DNA from: Octopus vulgaris
Lineage: Eukaryota
Reading direction: 5' to 3'
NCBI GenBank assembly: GCA_951406725.2
Contig: OX597823.1
Coordinates: 65,906,001-65,970,000 of the forward strand
Length of the DNA: 64,000 nt
Shown: positions 52,055 through 64,000 of the stretch, piece by piece
Position numbering within the stretch: position 1 is the first letter of the stretch
How the letters are laid out: each line of letters begins with the position of its first letter
The notes under the pieces: model-generated
What the model was told of the DNA's origin: nothing
Seen by the model: only the letters and a program-made list of their open reading frames with translations
The model's database searches: none
Made by a program: the position numbers and the translations under genes

Positions 52055-53280
52055 AATGGGTACCCAAAAGTAGCTGGAAACGTTCTCTTTGGGACAAACC
52101 CGTTGTTGTAATTCAGGCTTCTGCCACTAAGAGCCACTTGCTGTGACCCTCGTACAACAGTCTGCCAACCGGCGTCCTACTCTAAAGTCGTACTGCCACT
52201 TGACGCTTCTTCACTTCGCAGTGCCTCTTCTCTGCTCGTCGATTTTTGCGATGGTTGAAACGAATGAATGGCGTGCTTCCATGAAATGCTGCTTTCTGCT
52301 GTGGAAACCGGCGGCCGAGACTTGTAAAATAAACCTTGTTCAGGGAAAAACGTCGATTTCCCGAACGAATGAAAATATCATGAAAATTCATGAACTGATT
52401 TTGAAGGACTGTCACCGAATAATTGAGAAACTTGTTTATATGACTGGTGCGTTCTGGAGCTCTTGCCAAAGAATTTTGAGCAAGGAATTGCGAATGAAAT
52501 GAGTTACAGCAAAATTTGTGTCTCACTTGCTCACGGAAGATCAAAAGCAGTCAAAAAGGAATGTGTGTCGTGAACTCAAAAACAGTTGGATGTTGATCCA
52601 TTTTTTTTTTTGAAGGTCATCACTAGTGACATATTTTGGTGATGCGGGTACAACCTGGAAACGAAGCAGCAATCAAGTCAATGGAAGCATTCAATGTTAT
52701 CACGACCCCAAAATGTGCATCAATTGAAGTCAATGAAGATGATGCTTGTTTGTTTCATCGATAGGAAAGGAATTGTCAACATGGAATTTTTTCCTCCTGG
52801 TCAAACTGTTAACCAGACATTTTACTTGGAAGTTCTGAAGCGTTCGCAAGACGCAGTGAGACGAAAATGCCCCGACCGGCGGAAAATGGGGAAGTGATGG
52901 CTTAATTACAACAATGCGACTGCATACACCGCTTTGAGTGTGAAACAGATTTTGCCAAAAATGGCAAGACCTTACTTACCCACCCTCCTTATTCACCTTA
53001 TATTTCTCCCTGTGATTTTTCAGTTCCTTGAATGAAAATAGTCCTTAAAGGAAAAGGTTTTGCATATGTGGAATAAGTGAGAAAAAAAAATCCAACGGAA
53101 GCCTTAAAAAATATCACTTCGCAAGAGATTTAGCACTGCTTCGATCAGTGGAAAACGCGTCTGGACCGATGCAGTGCTTCACACTGAAAATACTTTGAAG
53201 GCGATAAAAGTGTAAACATGTAAAACTAAGTGAATAAGATAATATTGCAAACTTCTGGTTTCTTTACGGTATCCACGCGT
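52055..53280 (+). mobile_element. mariner (DD34D) transposon, decayed
   Basis: EWRASMKCCFLLWKPAAET, AKFVSHLLTEDQK, YNLETKQQSSQW, KMMLVCFIDRKGIV..GQTVNQTFYLEVLKR, HPPYSP..SPCDF. Degenerate TIRs gggtacccaaaag / ctttacggtatcc. Confidence 0.9.
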
Positions 53281-53308
53281 GTATATGTGTGTGTGTACGG
53301 ATATGTAC

Positions 53309-53520
53309 GGAGGCACATGGCTTAGTGTTTAAGATGTTGCAATCTTGATTGTAAAATTGTAGTTTCGATTCCTGGAACGAGCTGTTCAAGGTCTTCTTGT
53401 GCAAAACATGCCATTTCACGTTTCTCCAGTCCACTCAGCTGATCAGAATGAATAATACTGCCAATGATCTGCGTTCCCTCCTGGGTGGGTGAAATACGCG
53501 TTACAAATTCCAGGAATCTG
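53309..53520 (+). mobile_element. tRNA-derived SINE 5' part
   Basis: ggaggcacatggcttagtg...agtttcgattcctgg...atttcacgtttctccagtccactcagctg. Confidence 0.75.
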
Positions 53521-53673
53521 TGTGTAGGTGTTTGTGTGTGTAAGTGTTTTGTGTGCACAGGTATATATGTGAATGGATACGTGTATATCTATCTATCTAC
53601 ATGCACATACACACACTCAAGCATATATATAAATGTGTGTGTGTGTGTCTATATATATATATGTGTGTGTGCA

Positions 53674-53706
<33 letters not shown>

Positions 53707-53735
53707 GTAAATATATATATGTGTGCATGTGTGTG

Positions 53736-53810
<75 letters not shown>

Positions 53811-55070
53811 TTGTTGAAATATATTTCAAGATTATTTAAATATTTGCTTTGGATCAGACTATCATACATTAGATTTCTTTTTATCTTGATGTAAATAACG
53901 TTTATTGATATATGTTCTATACTCTTTAATATGTTAGATGTTAAAATATAAGCATATCCAGAAGTCTGGTAGGCAATTGATTCGATCACAGCAACGATAT
54001 AAATGATAATAATTTTATCGAAGCTAGAGGAAAGATCTGTAATTCGGTGGTTTTGAAATTGTGAAAATTATAAAGGAAAGTGCGCAAACTAACTTTTGTA
54101 ACACATTTAGTCGTCCGACGGTCTCCCGTCTCTGCCAAACGATCACCTTTGAACTACCGTAATAATGATAATAATTATGAATTGATTTATATATTCTTCA
54201 CTAGTTCAAAGCATTTGTCACTTTCTTGCTAATCGATAAAATATTCTTTTTTAAGCTTTAATCTTTATATTACTTCAGGATATGGGAGATTGATTTCATA
54301 TCATATATCGCAAAACACAATATCAAATGGCTTACTATGTGTATATGCGTGTATATAGGTTACGCCTATATATTTACACACAAACCCACACATATGTAGG
54401 TATGGATAGATGTATGTATACACACACACATGCACAGAGGCAGACACATACAGATGAACAGACATATCATCACACACACACATATACATATGCATACTAT
54501 CACACAAACATACAACCACATAAATATGATCACGTAGAAATATGTATAAAAATATGAATGTGCGTTTGTCACTAAACGTATATACGGTAATCGAGCATAC
54601 TGAAAAACCTGTTCAAGCAAGATGTGTACGGGCAATTTAAGAGGATAGATAGCCAGTTTCAAATGAATCTATTTATCGGACTATTTAACAAGAGAAAGAA
54701 AAATTAGAACATTATGCTTAAAATCATGAAGCCGTAAAACGATTTGCAAGATATGCTCAAGTCAGAAAGACAAAATTCCGACCAAAGCAGATGTAAAAGC
54801 ATTACAGATTAAATGATGAAATATAAAATGTGTTTCTTAACCAAAATGACAAAGTAATGTTTTTTCTAAAAGCATTATTGTTCTTTAATTTATGCTGAAG
54901 CATGAATTTTATTTTGGAGTCAGTGACAATGTTATACAAGGTGGCGAACTTCTTAGAGTAAGTTGTATTCATGCAGATAACAGAGTCAGCAAATCATGTA
55001 GCATTCTTCATCATATATGTTGCAAACACAGACACATATGCATGCCTTTTGCCTCTCTTGCTCTCACCCC

Positions 55071-55115
<45 letters not shown>

Positions 55116-56204
55116 CCTGTCTCTGACTATCTCACACTCCATGCATTCATGCATAAGCATTCAAATTAACTAATGTTCTGCGAGAAACCTGAACGAAAAT
55201 CACTTTCCAATTTTTCACCCAACCCTTGAAATCGATATCGGTTATCTATTGATTGGTGAATATTTCTGATCACGGAACATCAAGCAGTCTGCAGATATTT
55301 ATAGTTTTCTTTACAGAGATAAACAAATATTTGACTTTTAATTTTTAAAATATTATTTCCTTTCCATGTGGCTAAAATCCCTTATGTTCACTAAATGAGA
55401 TAAACCTTAAATGTTGCGGTTCCATGCATTTCACATATCGTCAGTATATTCAAACTATTTTCAAGACAGATTTTGCATGTTAACGTTTTCATGATTAATA
55501 GAATATTGGCACCGATTTTGAGCAACGTTAAAAATATTATGCGACATACATACATGAGAATATCCAACGTTATGTTAATATCCTATAATTCTAAGTGCTA
55601 CGCTGCGTCTGAATTTAAATGTTTGGTAAAATAATTTGAATTAGAAATCTTTTAAGGAAGGTAATTTTTCTTTTCGAAACGACTAATTCTAAATGCGCTA
55701 AAATATTTTATGCCTGAATTTGATTACTGAAAGTACATGGGAAACGCTACGTAATCTGTAATGTCTAAAAGTATAAAATACAAGATGTCCGAAGATTTGA
55801 CATTATGCATCTCAAGTAGAATTTTAAGGATTTTCAAGAATAAGAATTAAATTTTTTTTATTTGTTTCAGTAATGGGGCGGGGGCGGGGGTAAACACAGA
55901 CACACAGTAATATATATATATATATATTAATGGCGGTGCCCCAGCATGGCCACAGCTCAAGAGCTGAAACTGGAAAACATAAAAACATAAAAATATATAT
56001 AAAACACACATTAAGAGGAATCCATTACACTAGAATCCATTACACTAGAAAGAACATTTAAAGCCCAAGCTGAATAATATATAGTCTATTGACTATTTTC
56101 CTTGTACGTTAGGCCACTGGTAGTAAAAAATTCCTATAATTCTTATTACCCTGATATTATTATCATTATTATTATTATTATTATATATATATTATATGTA
56201 TACG

Positions 56205-56367
56205 ATGATCTTCTTTCAGTTTTCACCTACCAAATCCACTCACAAGGCTTTGATCGGCTCGATGCTATAGTAGAGGACACTCGCCCAAGTCGCCACGCAG
56301 TGAGACTGAACCCGGGACCATGTGATTAGTAAGCAAGTTACTTACCACACAGCCATTCCTGCGTCTA
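56205..56367 (-). mobile_element. SINE head (octopus OK/OR-like family)
   Basis: aaatccactcacaaggctttgatcgg...gccacgcagtgagactgaacc...cttaccacacagcc, homologous to 59575-59735 and 56900-57010. Confidence 0.8.
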
Positions 56368-56899
56368 TAAATGTTTAAGTTCCTATAATTTCTATTTATT
56401 ATGTACCATTGGTTTGTCTAATAACATTTTTAAACAAAAATATCTAGAGAATAAAACTATAATTCATAAGGCTTCAAGCTGCTAATGTGTTCCGTGTATC
56501 TGAAGAAAAAAATATCACTTTCAACAACTTAATTTTCTCTTCGTCCTAATGTATAGAAATGTAATGTAAACATAATCTAGGCTGAATTGGAAATGAATAA
56601 CATTATTTCTAGTACTAGAATTCAGAGTCCTGTTGAAGTATAATTATATGGTGATAAAATATGTATGAATATTACATCTAAAGACGACGAGAGGATAGTA
56701 CCGTTGAATAGTAGTTCATTATAAAAGTAAAGTCATATTTTTGAATTAATTTCTTCGGCGGTTTCAGTATTTTTAAATTATTCATTACAGGTACAAAATT
56801 GCAAATTAGAAATTCAGCAGGTAAGTAACTGTTACGTAATAATGAATGTAATTTGTATAGAATTATTGAAGAAAATTCAGTAATAAAAGTAGTTATACA

Positions 56900-57010
56900 T
56901 AGGCGTAGAGCTTTGCTGTGTGGTAATAAGTTTGCTTCCCGACTGCATGGTTCTGATTTCAATCCCACTGCATGGACATTGCATAAGTGTCTTCGAGCCC
57001 TGAGCCGACC

Positions 57011-57041
<31 letters not shown>

Positions 57042-57280
57042 TGTGTTTACAGTAGTGTGCATATGTGTGCTCATGTGCTTTTTGCCGGTGTTTGTTCCCC
57101 ACATTGCTTGATAACCGGTGTTGCTTTGTTTACATCTGCTGTGATTTAGCGTTTCGACAAGGAGGTTGATAGCGTATGTACTGTTTTTTTTTATTATGAG
57201 AACTAGGGTCGATTTATTCGACTAAAAGCCTTCACAGTGCTAGCAAATTATGGCTGCAGTCAAGTGATTAAAATGATGAA
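56900..57280 (+). mobile_element. SINE with internal (GT)n
   Basis: tRNA-like head, then (GT)n, body aaccggtgttgctttgtttacat, and tail gggtcgatttattcgactaaa. Confidence 0.75.
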
Positions 57281-58949
57281 TGAAATATTCTAGCGGAGCA
57301 TACGTGTACAATTCATTACTTTGTTTTTACACTGTGTATCCAGATCACAACCTCATTTCGACCTGAAACTATTAAGCTTATTTCACTAAGCATCATAAAT
57401 CCGAGGGGGTTTAAACCGTTTACTGCATTATATTGACACAGAAAGGGAGAACATAGAGAAGAAGAGTGTGGTAGGTAAACAGATAGATAGAGACAAAGAG
57501 GCGGAGACAAAGAGAGAAAGAGAGAGAGAGAGAGAGTTTTTGAGTAGCATTAATTATAATTCTCTGCTACTTACAAAGGTAACACGAAGAACACCAGTTT
57601 ATTTTTTCATAAAAGGTTGAATTCTGTCAATAAGGAAATCCTGATTCGTAAGTGAAAATGTAACACAAGTTCATGCAATTGTTCAACGTACTTACTGTAC
57701 ATTTGGCAGATTTATAGCCGGTCAAATTACTGATATGTGGTTTTCGATGCTCTTGTAATAAATTTAAATTAGTACATAGGTATCTGAACGAAATATATTA
57801 CAGACTCTAATTTCTGAGAAAATACAGGCGACAAAACGTCCGTCAAGATTTGTTGTCTATGCGATGACGGTTATAAGATGCAAGTAAGATGTTACTAAAC
57901 TGTTTCTGATATACCACTCATATGTGTTATGATACAAATTAATTCTGTTCATTTGCATTGACAATAATATTGGCTTGATGCTAGACTTCCGGAAACAAGA
58001 TTACAAAGTGTAACATCATTTAATTTTTTCTTTGTCTTTGGTCAGTAAATGTTATTTCATACTCGACACTATCAAGATATCAAAGGAAATAAATACTATT
58101 CTTTCCAAACTGTGGTTCTGTCACATGGACATCAATGCTTTCTCACTGACTTATTTTCAATTATATTTCAAACAGATTTAGCGTTGAGTTGCTGAAGCAA
58201 AAATATTGTTATAGCACATATTCTGCTCGATACCACAGATTTACTGTTTAGTGGCTTCAGCATGCCACATAATGGCTGAAAATATATGATAATGAGCAGG
58301 AGTATTGGAAAGGCATCAAAACCATGCGTTGAATGAATTTGAGGCTTGAATAAATACAGCAAAAGCAAAGTTTGAAGGAAATAGTCATTTTTCATACCTT
58401 CTAGTGATACCAATTTGGAGAAAACAGTTGCTATCCAAGGACAAAATCGTGTTACATAGTGTTATTCATAAATTGTTTTACTGCTTTAGCGGCACAACTG
58501 AAACTCCTCTATAATTGAACTGAAATACATTAATATTTCTTTTTACTGCGAGTCTAATTCAAGATTAGTTTCTACTATAATTGATAATTGATAAATTATG
58601 GTTGAGGTTCTAGGTCAATGAAATCGAAATCAGTATTCCAATTTTAATAAGCGAATAAGTGGACATAGATATGACTTCAACACCAGTGAAATTTGATTCA
58701 AGGCACAAAGATATAAGGCATAAATTATGAATGATTATTTTTTGGCGCCATTGTATCACCGAAATTTTTATCTACACACACACACATATATATATTTATA
58801 TATATATATATATATATATTTAAATATATTGTTAAGCAAGCGGGCGCTACCAAGTTTAGTTATGGCAGAGAGACAAGTCTCTGGATAATTATACTGCTGA
58901 TAATTGTGACGCACACACACATACACACACACACACACATTTAAATACG

Positions 58950-59735
<786 letters not shown>

Positions 59736-59745
59736 ATATATCTAT

Positions 59746-59813
<68 letters not shown>

Positions 59814-60160
59814 GACCTGGTGGGCATAACCGGAATTTACACAACAAACGAGGATAGGGTGAAACTAAAGGAACAACACACCATGATGTTTTTTGTAAAA
59901 TATCATTAACAATTGTCAGCATAAAAACAAAGATTTACACGAACAACAATAAATGAGCCCTATACTAGATGTGCAGTCAAAATATTTATAACTGATAGAG
60001 CACAGAAAGTGTGTCTATAGCCAGCCGGAGGAGGTGTCTTCCTGGGGCTACAAACTACAGTAGCATCCACCCTTAGGGGTTAGCCATATTCAAATGGCAA
60101 ATATACGTCACGATGTGTCGCCGCTACTGTTTATAACTCGCTCTGAGATTTATTATTGTT

Positions 60161-60219
<59 letters not shown>

Positions 60220-61442
60220 GGGTTTGTATGATTGTGTATAGAGGGATATATATTATTCAAAGGAATTCCGACTCTGTCTGTTTTTTATGTTTTATTTATA
60301 TTCTTTGTAATAGTAATGTAGAATATAGAATATATTGTATAAATAGTATATATGGTGTAAAATGAAATGAAGTATTGAATAGATGAAATATTAAATATCT
60401 AATATTAAGGAACTAGTATACTGTCTTGCATTAAAGCAGTCTTTAAGGTCCCAAGATGTGACAGGAATGTATCAACTGAAACAACTTAGAGTACTGATTT
60501 TTTCGGTTTATATTCTCCTGGTGAACGTTTTTCTCTGTTTTGGAACTCTGGGTCTACTTTAATTTATGAGTCCGTGAGTGTGTATGTGTGTGTGTGTGTG
60601 TATGTATGTATAACTTTGATACATAATGCCATGCTGTGTCGTCTAACATTTAATTTCGGAGTACACGTGGAATACTAAATGACATAATCTCTAATTCCAT
60701 AAGCATGGCAATTTATCAGATTGTGTAACTTAATATCTATTAAAGAATATATAATTAATCATCTCAAATATATTCCAAACTTTAATCTATTCCTCTACAG
60801 CTGTTTCAATATATATATTGCGAAACATATAATCAATATATAATTGATACATAACAAATATTAGCTTGCAAGCATAAAGACGAGCATTAATACATGTAGA
60901 GACGTACATTGAGAAGTATATGTATCATTTCGTCTGTTTTATATATAGGGTAATAATTTTCAATGAATCCTTTCCAAATTTAAGACTGTAAACTTTTTAT
61001 TGCCTTTTGGTATTATGACTGATGGCAGCACGTTTAGTATTAAGACTTTTTGAGATGGCTATATTACATTTCTAGCATTATTTATGGTAAGATATACAGA
61101 TCCAAATTAAATATGATATGAAGGAAAAAGCTAGCATTGCATTAGAACAACTCTGTTTTGTCATTAATTTTATATTTCGAATAAGTTTGTTTTCTTCTGG
61201 ATACATATCGTGTATCGTTTGATATTATAAGCTATCGCATTCATTTTTAACAATAGTAAATATATCAGTACCATTTAAGAGGCATATGTTTATTAATCCA
61301 ATTGAAGTACCATGAGAATCAAACTCTGAACTCTCCTGGTTGAATATCGAGTTTAAATGTGTAGTTAAGTTTCAAATGTGGCGTAGATGTCTGTGATAAT
61401 CGAAATCTTTATAATTTTATTTAGTGATAGAAAGGTAGGGTT

Positions 61443-61514
<72 letters not shown>

Positions 61515-61596
61515 CATATGCATGTATATGCATATACACATATATACATGCATACATACACATACATATATACATATATATATGCACGTGTGTATA

Positions 61597-61641
<45 letters not shown>

Positions 61642-61779
61642 GTATATATATGTATTATATATATATATATATATGTATATGCATATGTATGTACATGCAT
61701 ATATATATACATATACATACACATACATATATATATATATATACATTCCACGTATATACACAAAACAAAATATTATGAG

Positions 61780-62085
61780 AATTGAGCTCCCAAAGGTCAA
61801 TCACAAAAAAGATAGATGGCATGTCAGACCTTGATATGTATGTATGATGTGGAAAATTTACATGCATATACAACAAAAATCTAAATATACATGACATACA
61901 ACTATTTCACAATTGGACCGTCTCTTCAACATTACACCAGGACACGTCAAAAAGAAACTGACCACACAAAATTCAAGAAGTCTTTGGACAAATTCCTTCA
62001 AACAGTACCGGACAAACCATCCACACCCGGATATGTCTCCGCAAACAATACTCTCTGCTCGAATGGGCCTTGGTGCCCAAATCCT
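61780..62085 (+). mobile_element. CR1/L2-group LINE 3' end
   Basis: GPSL/LFNITP..KFKKSLDKFLQTVPDKPSTPGY..N is typical of ORF2 C-termini in this group. Embedded in (TA)n. Confidence 0.65.
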
Positions 62086-62134
62086 GAATATATATATATA
62101 TATAATATTCTAAGTTATATATATATGGATGAAT

Positions 62135-62172
<38 letters not shown>

Positions 62173-63559
62173 GTCAAAATGTATTTATTACAGTATCATT
62201 GTTTCTGCTGCTTGCGTGTACTAGTGTCATTTGATAAATATTTATGAGCATTTAGTCGATTCACTTACAATACATATTCATCCAAAGAAGACATTCCTAT
62301 ACAGATTTGGCCAAGATTTTCCACATGCAGGTGGGTAAAACAAATGAGATTCAAGTAATAGATAATCCATAAAGTATATTCTACGTGGGGGATCATAAAA
62401 CCTCTAAGTTTAGTTGTATATATAATTACTAATTATCGTTAAGTAGAAACATCCAAATGGTATCAGTTTTACAAGGAATTTTCCTCAAATAAACGAAATA
62501 ATAAATCCTAATGTAAAACTTTTTCTTATTAAATAATTGAAATCTAGAATAAATTTAACTGTTCAAAAAGTATGCAATACTCGTTATCTTACATATGCAT
62601 TACAGTTTCCATGGTGTAGCTTACGTTTAATTACATATTGAACACAATTAAAAAGGTATGTAAAAGAAAACTAGCGTCCTAAACAAACAGTAATGTGGAG
62701 ATAAAGGCTCAGTTTCGTCTCAATCTCCGATGTAATTACAAATCTTTTGGCACATTGTAAAATATAGATATATGAATGTTGCAATTAAAACGATTATCTT
62801 TTGTAGATTTGTTTGTTTTCATTAGGTGAAATATTTTTCAGTGAGTTCCAGGATATCGTATCGAAATAGCTAATAGTATATAATTGATTATGTGCATGTG
62901 TTGAAATGTGAATATCTATGTGTTATTACATTTTCATCTATATGTGTATGTACGATAGACCAGTTGGGTCTGTTCTTTTGAAAGACTCTCTCCTTCAGTG
63001 ACTTATTTTCTCATTGCTTGAAACATCTGCAATAAATGTCTTTATATTTAACAAGCATTCTCTCAACTTGATTTCTTCGTATCTTGTTGCGCTTTAACTC
63101 TCATACTACTTGAAGGCGATATCAGATTTCAACCAGTACATATTTCTCATATCACACTTTGTTCACGTGCCTGCCCAAATAACAATATCTGAGTAAATAT
63201 ATAAAACATTACAATAGATCTCCTGTCAACTCACAAACATTTTTTATGGAAAATAATAACAAAACAAGACAAATGTATATCTTTATTTGGCATTGGAATG
63301 GATGTAATGCAATTGTACGGAATTACCACACGCTTCAGAGAAAAGCTAAATAATTCTGTGCAAAAGTATTATATAATGCAAAGCAGTTTCGGACACCCCA
63401 AACGTGATATTTATCTTTCACAATATTCCTACGCCTCTCGATTTCAGTTTTTTTTTGCATTAGAGAACGTTAGGATAACACTTACAAACTGGAAAAGTAC
63501 TCAAGGCTCAAAACACATATACTGAGATGTGCATTACTTTCTGATATTTGAGTTATATT

Positions 63560-64000
63560 TAGAATTAAAAATGTACTGTCACCGCTTTTCTTTCAAACAT
63601 TCAGTTTTGGAGATGATGTTTTGATGATAGGTAGTCTTTCGATATTGCAGATCGTCCCGTGAACATTTGTAAAAGTGACAAAAAAGTGAATTTTCCGTCG
63701 CTGAATATTTCCGAATGCTTAATTAATGAAATCTTGCGTAATTCCTCTTGTCGGATATGTTAACCCTGGATACTTGCACGCTGGCAGAAGGAATTATTTG
63801 TTTCGCCAATGTAATTTTTGGGACAGGTAATGCAGTATATGGGGTTTTGCAGTTCATATCTGCATTTATTTTGAAAAAGGAACCGCTCTTAAATTTTATG
63901 TGGGAACCACTTTCTAAATATTTGCATTTGCTATTGTTGTTGCATGTTCCACATCTCATGTCTCCAATTTCTTTTACTAAGAATTCTGATTCATTCTCTG
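63560..64000 (-). mobile_element. Penelope-like GIY-YIG endonuclease remnant (runs off the window)
   Basis: Minus strand: CGTCNNNSKCKYL...FKINADMNCKT, then after a frameshift IYCITCPKNYIGET..R...HIR. Confidence 0.8.

Noticed and set aside
56028-56050. Short tandem duplication gaatccattacacta x2 (similar cases at 34228-34290 and 29636-29707)
   Set aside because: Ordinary slippage duplications, not CRISPR-like: no repeat-spacer array and no cas genes.
59812-60165. TA-flanked insert with tagcc/ggcta stem and aaactacagtag
   Set aside because: Resembles the HHR carriers, but neither core strand is intact.

Overview
This is AT-rich eukaryotic DNA, dense in microsatellites and transposon remnants. 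The SINE families suggest a coleoid cephalopod, probably Octopus (inference). I found no supportable host protein-coding exon; nearly all long ORFs in the track are translations of (TA)n, (CA)n or (TAG)n arrays. Recognisable elements are a decayed Dong/R4 LINE, RTE, Tx1 and CR1-type LINE fragments, two Penelope-like (GIY-YIG) remnants, two DD37D maT transposons, a mariner, hAT and Helitron remnants, and many tRNA-derived SINEs. The main hidden signal is a set of type I hammerhead ribozymes (HHRs) with palindromic helix III. They sit in small non-coding elements, mostly inserted into (TA)n tracts. Cores are intact at 8538-8608 (+), 30654-30747 (-) and 36489-36567 (-), with several decayed copies elsewhere. 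The carriers are either ~300-370 bp partial tandem units (retrozyme-like) or long fold-back inverted repeats, and one copy lies in the inverted terminal repeats of a Penelope-like element. All folds were worked out by eye and none was computed.
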